A stretch of DNA of 60,041 nucleotides, the filler included, from Squatina squatina (lineage: Eukaryota): NCBI GenBank assembly GCA_031763465.1. It is 3 parts of 3 records of this genome, joined end to end, with 100 filler letters (N's around TTAATTAATTAA, not from the genome) between each part and the next. Parts side by side here need not be neighbours in the genome. Positions count along the whole stretch, not along the records: positions 1 to 19,234 come from JARFOE010000176.1; positions 19,335 to 35,257 come from JARFOE010000235.1; 1 more part is not named here. One strand, 5' to 3'. A program made the position numbers and the translations under genes. Within the stretch, counting starts at the first letter, position 1. Every line of letters begins with the position of its first letter. The notes beneath the pieces were generated by a model. It saw only the letters and a list, made by a program, of their open reading frames with translations, searched no databases and was not told where the DNA came from. Positions 14,192 through 26,869 of the stretch are shown here, piece by piece.

Positions 14192-14472
14192 CAGAGAGCA
14201 AGAACATTCTCAGTCAATCTGTACAGAGCGCGAACGTTCTCAGTCAGTCTGTAGAGAGACCGAGAACATTGTTATTCAGTCTGTACAGAGCGCGAACGTT
14301 CTCAGTCAGTCTGTACAGAGTACAAACGTTCTCAGTCAGTCTGTAGAGATCAAGAACATTGTTATTCAGTCTGTACAGAGCGCGAACGTTCTCAGTCAGT
14401 CTGTAGAGAGCGCGAACGTTCTCAGTCAGTCTGTAGAGAGAGCGAGAACATTGTTATTCAGTCTGTAGAGAG
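14192..14472. repeat. Minisatellite, about 30 bp unit, at least 9 copies, running into a gap
   Basis: Units tctgtacagagcgcgaacgttctcagtcag and a variant ending gaacattgttattcag. Confidence 0.9.
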
Positions 14473-15536
14473 NNNNNNNNNNNNNNNNNNNNNNNNNNNN
14501 NNNNNNNNNNNNNNNNNNNNNNNNNNNNNNNNNNNNNNNNNNNNNNNNNNNNNNNNNNNNNNNNNNNNNNNNCGATCGACACCGAGGAGCCGAGGCAGAG
14601 CTGCTCCTGCTAATGTAGTCGGTGAGCTCATCGCCCCTGGCTGGAAACGTGACGGCTGCTGTTGTCAGCGCTGATGTGAATGTGTAATGAGGGAGCTAGT
14701 GAATGAGCATGCAAGCCCATGTCTCACGGGAACATGTCTGCGAATGGAGAGGGCTGTGCTGATGCTTAGACACCTCAGCTAGCAGCCGGCTCACTCCTTT
14801 GACATGCTGACCCCTCCACTGCAGACTGGTAGCTGTGCTATGTAGCTTTAGCAAGGACAACAGCAAAANNNNNNNNNNGCACTGTTCAGTGTCCAGCCTC
14901 CTCGACACTCAGTGCTCTCCTTTATTCTCGCTCCCTCAGTAAATTTGGCACACTGAGAGTCAGGTTTAGTTCTAACTCATTGCTTTGTGGCTGCCGTTTG
15001 AAGTTAGTTTGTGACTATAATGTGGATTTTCTTTATCCCTGTGGGAATAGCCATGCTACATCCAGTAATCCGGCTATCCCTGTGTGCTAGGTCTCTGTGT
15101 CTGCCAGGGTTCTTCATGCATGTCAGGTTATTTTGCAGTGACCAGATTCTCCCTATTCCCCTTTCATTATTTCACTGACATGGCACATTTACTCTGAAGT
15201 CTCAGAACCCAATGGCCTAGTACATAGCTGCCTGGTGTGGTACTGAGCCAGAACCAGGGGGATCAGGAGCCCGGACAGAGAACCTGGGGGTCTATACAGA
15301 GCAGTCTTAACCGGAGTGTTTTAAAAAGAGTGTTTTCTTTGGGAATTTGGAGAAGAGCGGGGAGGAGATGCTGCTTTTTGCTGGCACTACCTGTAGTGCT
15401 GAGTGTTACAGATAGATATTTAATTTCATTATCCATNNNNNNNNNNNNNNNNNNNNNNNNNNNNNNNNNNNNNNNNNNNNNNNNNNNNNNNNNNNNNNNN
15501 NNNNNNNNNNNNNNNNNNNNNNNNNNNNNNNNNNNN

Positions 15537-15770
15537 AACTGGAGGAGCAGTATCCGTGAAGGCGCCGATCACTGCGAGCTTCTTCGACAGGAGCACGTGG
15601 AAGCCAAGCACAAGCAGCAGAATAAGCGTGTGACAATCCGAGTAGCCCACCCACTCGCCCCATCAAACACCACCTGCCCCACCTGTGGTAAAGTTTGTGG
15701 ATTCCGTATAGGGCTATTTAGTCACCTCAGAACCCACAATGCTGGAGTGGAAGCAAGTCATCCTCGACCC
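15537..15770 (+). mobile_element. RTE-clade LINE ORF C-terminus and 3' end
   Basis: WRSSIREGA..HVEAKHKQ..TTCPTCGKVCGFRIGLFSHLRTH, the CxxC...SHxRxH tail typical of RTE LINEs. Confidence 0.8.
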
Positions 15771-15779
15771 CTAAGGAAT

Positions 15780-16034
15780 GTGTACACGGGGTGTGGAAGG
15801 AGATTAAATGGGTGGGTAGAGTCTGTGATAGGATAGTGTGTACATGGTGTGTGGAAGGAGATTAAATGGGTGGATAGAGTCCATGATAGGGTGGAGTCTA
15901 CATGGTGAGTGGAAGGAGATTAAATGAGTGGGTAGAGTCTGTGATAGGATAGTGTGTACACGGTGTGTGGAAGGAGATTAAATGGGTGGGTAGAGTCTGT
16001 GATAGGGTAGAGTGTACGTGGTGTGTGGAAGGAG
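15780..16034. repeat. Minisatellite, 58 bp unit, about 4.4 copies
   Basis: ggaaggag recurs at 15795, 15853, 15911, 15969 and 16027, an exact 58 bp period. Confidence 0.95.
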
Positions 16035-16689
16035 TAGTTTTGAAGAGTTGAATGGACTCAATCCAAGCTTTCTTTGTTCCAAAGTCTGTAGCAATGTTTT
16101 CGTTTTCAGTCCAATCTGGTAAACCTTAATTGCCACTTCCCTCGGCAGTTCAACGCAAGAGAATGGAGGCCACAAAGGTCACAACAAAAGCTGGTAATTC
16201 TGCCAGCACAGACTCTCTTCTATCTTTAGAATTATTCATTTCCAACAATGGCCCTCACACAGAGCTCATCAATATATCATCAAATGTCTAGTTAAACAAA
16301 CCTGTGATAGAAAAATGCGCCTCACAAAAGCAAGACTGCACAAAAGCTCCGACTGGAAATCAATCGATCTCAAATCAAACCATATCAATCCACTGTTGGT
16401 CCAGCAGTTTCACACATCCCAACTTGTATAACCAGTGCAGTGGTCAAGAGGGTGATGCACTGTGTTAGCGCAAAGCGAAACCAATGTTGGCGCTAGCTAG
16501 GTTTAAAATTTAGGGAAGAGCAGGAAGTGTTAAGTGAGATGGAAACAGATGCGTACGTATATGGATTTGATCATATGTGCTGTTATAAGGAATGAGCACA
16601 ATGTGTGATTAAAAGAAGTTGCTCAGCTCCCTCAATGGCCGAGCAACTAAAACACCAGCCACCATAAATTTAGTGCCTTTCTTGGCCTC

Positions 16690-17000
16690 AGGAGGTATCA
16701 AAGCGCTTTACAGCCAATGACACACCTTTGAAGTGTAGTCACTGTTGTAATACAGGAAATGCGGCAGCCAATTTACGCACAGCAAGGTCCCACAAACAGC
16801 AATGTGATAATCACGTAATCTGTTCTGGTGATGTTGGTTGAGGGGTAAATATTGGCCAGGACACTGGGGAGCACTCCCCTGCTCTTCTTCGAAATAGTGC
16901 CAGGGGATCTTTTACATCCAACTGGGAAGGCAGATGGGGCATCCGTTTAACATCGCATCTGAAAGATGGCACCTCCAACAGTACAGCAGTCCCTCAGAAG
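16690..17000 (-). mobile_element. Deu-domain SINE (SacSINE1/AmnSINE1-related)
   Basis: Reverse complement contains gtgccatctttcagatgcgatgttaaacgga..gatgtaaaagatcccctggcactatttcgaagaagagcaggggag..gtcctggccaatattta, matching the Deu central domain as I recall it. Confidence 0.75.
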
Positions 17001-17819
17001 TGCTAAGTAAACAGACAGAAGGCCGTCGGACCTAACTGACTTCACTTGAAGCAGCAGTTGAGTGTTACAATTGGCCTCAGTTGCCTGTAACCTAGGGATG
17101 GAATATCGGGAAGTGATGTAAAGTAGCCAGNNNNNNNNNNNNNNNNNNNNNNNNNNNNNNNNNNNNNNNNNNNNNNNNNNNNNNNNNNNNNNNNNNNNNN
17201 NNNNNNNNNNNNNNNNNNNNNNNNNNNNNNAAAACAAGCAGCAGTTCTGAGTACTCTGATCTTTAATCTCTGGCAAAGTAACTGCTCAGGGGTTTTCTAG
17301 TTCTCTACTGGGGCTGGATGGCCTACATGAGCATTCTTTGAAGTCTCTCTGTTCAATCTGTTACGAATGCAGGGTGCCATGCTTCATTCTGTTCTAGTGC
17401 GATGTGAATGATTCATCCAGTCTTTGATATTGCCCTCGCTCTGTCCTACTTATGAAGACGACTCTCAGGGGAAGGGCGGTGGGTGGGGGAAAAGAAGAAC
17501 ACAAGATGAAATGAAATGCCCTGATTCTGACGAATGACTTGCTCAGTTCACTGATCCATATCTCAATTCCTTAATATGTTTAAATGCAGCAGTGTTTAAC
17601 TGAGTCTGAGAGAATGCAGAAAGAGCAATAGTGAAGGGGTCAGAGAAAGAAACAGGAGACCAGGTTGCTGATGTAGAGAAAAACACCAGCACAGACTTGA
17701 TGGGATAAATGATCTGTTTCTGCACTGCAACCTTATATGATTGTACGAGAACTATCAGGACAACGACCAAATTGCCATTATAATCATTTCAAGGACAGCT
17801 TATACGTTTGCTATTCTTT

Positions 17820-18005
17820 GCAAAAGAGATTTACCAGAATGGCACCAGGACTGAGGGATTTCAGTGATGTGGAGATACTGGAGAAGCTGGGATTGTTCTC
17901 CTTAAAGCAGAGTAGGTCATTGGCAAATTTAATAGAGGTGTTCAAAATTAAGAGGAGATTTGATAAAGTAAATAGGGAGAAACTGTTTCGATTGGCAGCA
18001 GGGTC
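17820..18005 (+). mobile_element. CR1 LINE ORF2 C-terminal fragment
   Basis: LQKRFTRMAPGLRDFS..LEKLGLFSL..LIEVFKI..FDKVNREKLF. Confidence 0.85.
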
Positions 18006-18196
18006 GATGCTGAGGACATCGTGGATAGCACTGTAGAATTCAATACAAAATGGAGAATATTTGGGCAAGCCAGTGACACAAAATGGAAGACGAGGCNNNN
18101 NNNNNNNNNNNNNNNNNNNNNNNNNNNNNNNNNNNNNNNNNNNNNNNNNNNNNNNNNNNNNNNNNNNNNNNNNNNNNNNNNNNNNNNNNNNNNNNN

Positions 18197-18304
18197 ATTT
18201 GCCCTAATATGACTCAATGTCAAATTTTGTTTTGTAACTCTCCTGTGAAGCACCTTGGAATGTTTTACTACGTTAAAGACACTGTATAAATACAAGTTGT
18301 TGTT
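18197..18304 (+). mobile_element. L2 LINE (or L2-tailed SINE) 3' terminus
   Basis: ctcctgtgaagcaccttggaatgttttactacgttaaag..tataaatacaagttgttgttg; similar to the reverse complement of 38518-38600. Confidence 0.65.
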
Positions 18305-19234
18305 GAGGACATTGCATTGTACGAGGGCTACGTGGCAGAGGGCTGCATTGTATGAGAGCTCAACGTCAGGGGGTTGCGATGTGTGAGCTGCACGGCAGGG
18401 GGCTGCAGGGCAGAGGTTCGCACGGTCGGGGGCCACATGGTAGGGTGTAACAGTTTCTTTGAGAAACCAAGTACAGAGCACCGTCAACACTGAAAATAGG
18501 GAAGGAGACAAGATAAATCAAGGAGCAGTGATTAGCTGACACCTAGCAGGAGGGAAACTTGGGGAGTGAGCAGTACTGCAGGGAGCTGATTCTAGAGGGG
18601 AGCTGATTCTAGAGGGCAGATCCATTGCAGGGAGGCTGCACTGCAGGAGGGGCTAGGCTGCCAGAGGGAAGAGGACACTGTAGAATGATATGCACTGGAA
18701 CGTGGCTGAAGCTGAAAGGAGCGCAATGCTCCTTGGACCAAGAATAATGGAAAACAGTGAGAAAATAGACTATTTAAAAGGCCTGGCCCAATAAGCACAT
18801 TTGCTTTTATTGGGCAAAACCAGACCGAATGTTCACAAGAAGCAACGGAAGCCTGCAGCCGCCTGCAGTGCACTGGAAGACAATCACACTCGTTCAATTC
18901 AGGACTATCCATTTATTAAACCTTATCAATACAGGCTGCTCAAATATGTATTATATAGATAGATATATATAAAAATGTCAATTATTTTTTAATGTAAAAC
19001 AGTGTACAATAAATCAATATATTTTTTAAATAACTTAACATTACATTCTTACAGCTTAACTCTTCCATATCACACAGTACATAACCCTTCAAGTACTGCA
19101 GCAACATCTTTGCACCCGGTGGATAAATGAAAAATCAGTTTCGGGATGTGGCGCTGAAAGTGGAGGGAGGCTCCAAAAATTCCACTCCAGTCAGTGCTGG
19201 TCGACTGAAAGGGCCGGCTGCAAAGGAACTGGAG

Positions 19235-19334
19235 NNNNNNNNNNNNNNNNNNNNNNNNNNNNNNNNNNNNNNNNNNNNTTAATTAATTAANNNNNNNNNN
19301 NNNNNNNNNNNNNNNNNNNNNNNNNNNNNNNNNN
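19235..19334. other. Artificial scaffold linker (N44-TTAATTAATTAA-N44)
   Basis: Palindromic six-frame stop linker at 19279-19290, centred in exactly 100 positions. Confidence 0.95.
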
Positions 19335-19698
19335 TGATCGTCACTGCAACGACTGCAGAACCATCTTCAGTAATTTAACAAATCAAGAGTCAACATACAC
19401 AATACCAATAAATATGCACAATTTCTTAGCAAGGAATGAGGGATGGCACTGCAATTTGTGCCACAATTTTCCACTCTAAAAAGTGTTGAAATGTTGAGTA
19501 CAAGTGTAGCTTAAATCCTTAAAAGCCCATTACATTTTTGGTTTGACTATAGTCAATAGACCTACATCAGGGCTGTTTTTCAATTGTCACCTTTTCTGGT
19601 GCTGTAAGTTAGCTTTTGCAAGTCTTTCAGGTTCGCATGTACAGAACAAAAGTTGCAAAACAGCTCATCCCCAATTAGATGTTGAAATAGTTTCTTAC

Positions 19699-19905
19699 CC
19701 TGTTAAATTGGGACCAAGAGATGGTCATATTACTGTAATCATCTGCATGTATGGCCGAACTGCTGAATGCTTTCTGAGCCAGGAAAACAAGATTTTCTTC
19801 TGACAATCCTCTGTTGCTCTGAACCTCTGCTTTGAACTTCATGTTGAGAGCCTCACACAACTGTGGCCAGAGTACTTTGTCAGGGACTACAAAGGGCACT
19901 CTACC
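19699..19905 (-). CDS. STAT5B: STAT5 exon (about human STAT5B exon 13; linker domain)
   Basis: 207 nt with ttcag acceptor and gtaag donor; [69 protein letters not shown]. Confidence 0.93.
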
Positions 19906-21091
19906 CTGAAATTACGAACAGAAAACTGTTTCTAAACTTCTAATCATTTCTACCAATTTATTTTTTCCATTATTACCCAATANNNNNNNNNNNNNNNNNN
20001 NNNNNNNNNNNNNNNNNNNNNNNNNNNNNNNNNNNNNNNNNNNNNNNNNNNNNNNNNNNNCAGTGTGAGTTACACATTTGTTGACTGAACTTCAGCCAAA
20101 GCAGACAGATGACTACAAAAATATTGAAGGCCTCTATTAATACCACTGTGGTAAGCCAGTGATGGGCACTAAAATATGATGCAAGGGGCATTGAATTATG
20201 ATGCAAGCTGCAACACCTCTTGACTTTATTATTGCTCTATCTCCCAGTTGGTGGAACTGACCACCAGGCCAAAATCAGTACCATTTTACTGAGATTATGC
20301 ATAAGTGAATGACGTCTGAAACTGAGATACAAACTGGTCTCTCAAACTATGATACAGTTTGAGGTTAAAGTTGGTAACAATATATTTTTGAAATAAGTTT
20401 TCTTTGCGTGTTATTTAAAAGGGAAAAGAAGTTCTCAGGGAGCCATTTTTGCTCCAATCTTGTAGGATTAAAAAAAACTGATAAAACGAATTTAAGCATT
20501 TTAGTTTCTTATTAACATGGAGATTCTGGAGCGGGACCTACCTTGCCGCTCTGGAGCCATGGACATCTTGAACTAGGATATAGCTTGGGAAATCCGTACA
20601 CTTGCTTATAACATGGTTTCCCAAGTAGAACATGGCATGGAATACCCCACATGATCATTTCCAGCCAGGAGGAAACTTGACATATTTACAAAAATATCAA
20701 AAGAGTGCTCCGACTATTATTTTATTCTATTAAATGGAGGGGTTTGCTTTGAACACAAGTACCCTTCCGTTAACAAACTTATACAAGTATTTTACACATC
20801 TTCCACAGGAATAAATAGAAACTCACTGGATTCAGAAGATGACTCCATGAATGTTTTTCCAAGCAAAATGCAAGGATCATGCATAATTTAAAAAAAAGTA
20901 ACAGCATTCCCACAGAATATTCTGTTTTGATTTTACTAAAGCACAAATACTGCCTAAATTTAATGTATTCTTTTTGATAAATTGAGGGAGGTTGGCATAT
21001 GCGTGCAATCTCACTGATCCACATTCACTATAGCCCTGGTCAAATGGCCTCAAGTACTGCTTAAATAACAATAAGCTTTCATATGGATTTA

Positions 21092-21432
<341 letters not shown>

Positions 21433-22329
21433 CTATGAAGAAGCAAAATTTAATCAAATTCTAAGTGGAGTCAAAATATTTTTGTTTTGAGCGCTAACAT
21501 AACCGACTGTACTAGAATAAATGGAAACATAGACTGTTCAAAAATTTCAGATCTATGAGCAAATAAAATAAATGTTCTTGCGTTCAAAGCAGCATATTTG
21601 GTGAAGTTCTATTTTCCAATGAGTAAGAAAAATTTGCTTCATGATCAGAAAAATATCAAAAGAATAGAAAATGTAAATACTCAAGACAATTAGAAGCAAA
21701 GTATTCCTCAGCTCTCCTGAAAGCAGCATATGAGAGAGAGCAGTTCCATAGGTGCCAGATCCTTACAATGTGACCAATTTGCACATCTGAGCTGGACAGC
21801 AAGTGTTGCAGGCTATGAGATTGTGGGCAGCAGTAACAGCCAGNNNNNNNNNNNNNNNNNNNNNNNNNNNNNNNNNNNNNNNNNNNNNNNNNNNNNNNNN
21901 NNNNNNNNNNNNNNNNNNNNNNNNNNNNNNNNNNNNNNNNNNNNNNNNNNNNNNNNNNNNNNNNNNNNNNNNNNNNNNNNNNNNNNNNNNNNNNNNNNNN
22001 NNNNNNNNNNNNNNNNNNNNNNNNNNNNNNAATCACTGCCATTGATAAGCTCCTCCTATCAATCTATTATCCTGTTTAGGCCTTATATTTCACTAATAGT
22101 AGTGAATTTCCTTGAAGGGAATAGATAAATAGAAACAAAACATTGATTTAAAATTGTACCTTTAACTTCAGGATTAGTTAAAACTTAAATTTGTAAATAT
22201 TAGGTAGCATTCTTAATTCTCCAGCTCTAAAAAGGCAAACGGAATACTGTAGGCTTAAACTATATATAAAGGTTTGGCAGTAAGCAGTAATAACATTCAT
22301 GTTCTGAGAAACTTAAGGAATATACAGGA

Positions 22330-23110
22330 ATATATACAAAATCCTCAAAGGAATAAGAGGAGGAACGGGTGACGTTCTGGTTAATACTTTAAAAAAATTT
22401 CCATAAATAGGGGTGCTGTATCTGAAGGCTGAAGGATAGTGAATGTTACACTCCATTCAGGAAGCGGGGTAGGTATAAAGCAGAAACTAATAGCCAATTA
22501 ATCTTACTTGAATTATGGGTAAACTTCTGGGAGCACATAACACAAGATGTGAACTAATTAGGATCAGGCAACATGTATTTGTAAAGGGCAGGTTAAGCTT
22601 AATTAATTTTTTAATGAAATTAGAATGTATAAAGGGAATGCAGTGGATGCTGTATATATGTGTTTTGATACGGTGCTACATAACAGACTTCTTATAAAGT
22701 GAAATGGTAGTAATGGGGACACATCTTCATGGATAGAGGGATGACTGGGAGGAAAAGTAAAGAATAAAAGTACATTCATGTTTTTCAGGTTGCGTGGTCA
22801 TATGCCCCAATGATGTGTCTTGGACTCCCTCTAGTCTCCATTTATATTAAATGATTTGAATATAGTTTGCTGATACCAGATATGGAGGCAATGGGAAATT
22901 TAAAGACTGCAGGAGGAGAGGCAGATACAGTTCAATGCAGAGAAATGTGCAATAGTATTAGCAATGAAGGGAAGAATAACCTAAATGGCAAAACTGAGGA
23001 ACAGAGACATCTAGGAGTACAGATAAATATCTTTAAATTGGAAATGGATAGAAAAGGCTCGGAAAAGGTAAACTGAATTCTGGATTCTTTATATATGGGG
23101 TGCTGGATAT
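22330..23110 (+). mobile_element. Highly degraded CR1 ORF2 fragment in a STAT5 intron
   Basis: Residual motifs QHVFVKGRLSLINFL and EEQRHLGVQI in CR1 order. Confidence 0.6.
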
Positions 23111-23154
23111 TAAAGCAAGAAAAAAGAAAAAAGAGACTGTTAGGAGTTCCCTTA

Positions 23155-23394
<240 letters not shown>

Positions 23395-23744
23395 TTAATC
23401 TGATTTCATAAATTAAATGATCTAAAATAGTTGATGTCCATGAATAGTATATTTTCCTACAATTATCGTGGATAATACAATATCTAATAATATTATTGAC
23501 AATCTCTGGGTGTGGAGCATTTCTACACAATTATGTTTATGTAAGAATTCAGATTTTATGATGACTGCTTGATTTTAATGAGAATTTGTTCGAATTAAAT
23601 TGATACTATACAGCAACTGCTTGCCATTTCTCGAGCCATATTAAATACAACTATTAGGTGCTTTATCTGGCGGGTGAAGCTGAATGTACATTTAAACAGT
23701 GTTTACAGTGAATCGTTATATACAGTTCTATTAAAGTTGCTGAC

Positions 23745-23900
23745 CTTGTGACTAGTGCAGATATTACATCTGTAATTGTTGCATTAAGCTCTGTAAGTAA
23801 CTCCTCCACTGGGCCTGGGATGGGTAGCTGTTGCCTTTGGTGCTCAGCTCGCCTGATCTGCTGACGATTCTGCCATATTGTCTCTGCTAACTTCTCACAC
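23745..23900 (-). CDS. STAT5B: STAT5 exon (about exon 8; coiled-coil)
   Basis: 156 nt, tgtag/gtcag; [51 protein letters not shown]; phase matches the next exon. Confidence 0.95.
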
Positions 23901-24218
23901 CTACAAGTACAACAAATTTTCCACTAAACAGTATAGTAAATATAATAAAAGACACTTCTAATTGTTACATACCATTAAAATTGTGTCACTGTTTAACAAT
24001 GCAACTCGGTAGTTGGGGCATAGACAGACATTTCTGCTACATTAGACTCGAGTTGCCCCCCTGGTGCCAGGGTAGAGGATGCCATAGAACAGGTACAGAA
24101 CATTGTTTTGGGGGGGGGNNNNNNNNNNNNNNNNNNNNNNNNNNNNNNNNNNNNNNNNNNNNNNNNNNNNNNNNNNNNNNNNNNNNNNNNNNNNNNNNNN
24201 NNNNNNNNNNNNNNNNNN

Positions 24219-24510
24219 TTTATAAATAGGAACAGAGTGCAAGAGGTAATGTTAAATCTACACAAATCATTGGCTGGGCTATAGTTAGAATGCTGTGCCT
24301 GCTGTGGCCACAATGTGAAGGGCAATGGAGAGGGTACAGAAGAGATTTATTAAACTATGACATGATGGTAAAAGGTTTTAATTATGTGAAAAGACTACAG
24401 AAACTGGGCCAATTTTCAGCAGAACAAAGGTGGTTAAAGGGCTATCTAATGGAATTATACGGGGGGGGGGTTTGACAAGATAAATCGATGAAAACTATTT
24501 CCACAGGTCG
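24219..24510 (+). mobile_element. CR1 ORF2 C-terminal fragment, degraded
   Basis: gaggtaatgttaaatctacacaaatcattgg followed by GFNYVKRLQKLGQFSAEQRWLKGYLMELY. Confidence 0.7.
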
Positions 24511-25106
24511 ATAATTAAGCAATATTAGCCAGCCACTGCTCAAAGAATCAGAAATTTTGAACATGCTCGATCACTCCATTGATCACTTTGCTTTGCTATG
24601 GAAAATGGGTTGCCTGCTTAGTTTCTTGTTATACGCCATACATCAGAATATTTTGGTGGTAGGCGAGTCGGGTACAATAGCAAAAAGTTTCTATTGGAAA
24701 GAAACGCCAGATGTTCATCTGGAAATTACACCGTACCACAAGAGTCAAGATTTGAATTTGTTTCTTGTATTAAAACATGTATGCTGAATGGAAACTAAAT
24801 TTTATCAGCTCATTTTCTTCCCCCTTATTTTTCAGCTTCTGCTAAACAGACACAGGATAGTATGCACAAAATGGATCACTTAGTCTCCTCTTCACCCGAG
24901 CTTCTTCGGAGGTGACAAATTGCTGAACACATGAAATGTGATACAATATACACACATCTAGCAGTTTTTAAACAGTAGCAGTACACATACTTAATGACTA
25001 GTTTCTTTGAAAATACACAATTTTAAAGTAAAACTATTAGACCAAACTTCATTTGAGGAAAAAAATGAAAAAACACAAAATTCTGTGAAAGAAAAATTCT
25101 AATTAC

Positions 25107-25278
25107 CTTGTATGCGTAGACTTTCTTGATATTGAATGATAAAATATTCTTGGGTATGTTGTAGCTTTCTTAGTTCATTCTCGGTGTCTTGAGTCATTAG
25201 CCTTAGTTCCTCAAATGTTTGGTTTATTTGAAGGTGTTTCTGAGACATGGAATCCAGCAAACCGACTGGTGAACTTGG
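25107..25278 (-). CDS. STAT5B: STAT5 exon (about exon 5; start of coiled-coil)
   Basis: 172 nt, tgtag/gtaat; [57 protein letters not shown]. Confidence 0.93.
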
Positions 25279-26131
25279 CTACATTTAAAAAGAACCAATC
25301 ATGTTGTGAGCTCAGTGGTGCTAGCCCAGCAGTTTTATCGCAGAAAACCATGCTCTGCCATCAACTCACTTGCTTTTTAATCAACTAAACCCAGGACAAG
25401 AATTAAAAGCAAAACGTTTANNNNNNNNNNNNNNNNNNNNNNNNNNNNNNNNNNNNNNNNNNNNNNNNNNNNNNNNNNNNNNNNNNNNNNNNNNNNNNNN
25501 NNNNNNNNNNNNNNNNNNNNGAGGCCATTCGGCCCATCATGCCTGTGCTGGCTGTTTGGTCGAGCTATCCAATTAATCCCAGCCCGCTGCTCTTTCCCAT
25601 AGCCCTGTAAATTTTTCCCTTCAAGCGATGTAAAAAAATGCTTCATCATTTCTCCCTTAACTGGCCTAGCTCCAATTTTAGGAGTTATGAAAAACAATTA
25701 TTTCTACAAGATAGATTGGTTTTTAAACTGCCTGGAACTGTACATTGAAAGTACATTCTCAACTTGCCCTCTAGTTTAGGCAATAAAAGTACCAAAGAAT
25801 TGAAGATAGGTTTGTTGATTGAAGGACAGGAGTACAACATAATGTATACATTCAAGTGCATTATGATCATTTTGTTCAGACTGTCAAAATGTTGATGCAA
25901 GAAACTCCTTTCTTCAAGAAGCTGACCACATTTTTGTTCAAATATAGTGCTGGTTGCATCTTAGGCAAGGAACAGAGAAGTAAAACAGCATTGTGTCTCA
26001 TAAGAATATTCTCAGCTTTTTTTTAAAGTTTGAAGGGATGGTCAAGAGCATAACTGACAACACTACCATACCACACTCTAATACTGACCAGATTATCAAT
26101 AGCCATTTGAAGAATGTGTCTTGAACAATTA

Positions 26132-26278
<147 letters not shown>

Positions 26279-26816
26279 CTAAGATCTGAAACACAAATCA
26301 AAATCATTAAACAAGCTACAAACATTCACAAAATTACCAATTCAATGAAGTGAGTATCTAGTTGCAGAAATCACTTTTTTTTTTAAAAGCCAAAAAAGGT
26401 AGCATTCTTAAAAGCAAACATGTCCTAAATACAACAGGATTTGAAACTACTAAAAATGTCATGAAGCACATTTTATTTAATTTTTAAATTGTAATATGCA
26501 TTAAATCTTGTAGAACCATTGAAGTCTACTACAGCTGCTGAAATGAGACACCAGAACAGGAGTAGGCAATTATCTGGGCTGGAGGACCATTTAAGTTTTG
26601 GTGAGCTATTGAGGGCTGCACAACAATGCTACCACAAAATTGCGCGGCTACGCTCCAACTGCGAAGTCCTGTGCAGGCCGCTCACCAGCTCCTGCCGCTG
26701 GAAGAGATACTGTGCGTGTAGTATTGTTAAGTGGCCCTTCAGCCCAAATAATTGCCCACCCCTGAGTAAGAGCTTTTGAAACCAACCAACTACATTTGCA
26801 CTGTCTTTGAAAGCAT

Positions 26817-26869
26817 ACAGGGGTTTACATGTTTGACTGCACACAGGGGTTTACATGTTTGACTGCACA
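26817..26869. repeat. Perfect 26 bp tandem duplication
   Basis: acaggggtttacatgtttgactgcac occurs at 26817 and 26843. Confidence 0.9.

Noticed and set aside
14192-14472. CRISPR-like array
   Set aside because: The units are contiguous with no unique spacers, no cas genes are present, and the context is vertebrate.
15670-15740. C2H2 zinc-finger gene (CPTCGKVC..SHLRTH)
   Set aside because: It is a single finger preceded by RTE LINE-type sequence, best explained as a retrotransposon C-terminus.
19279-19290. Palindrome TTAATTAATTAA (also at 35302-35313) as a biological site
   Set aside because: It is centred between two identical 44 N runs and gives stops in all six frames, so it is an assembly linker.
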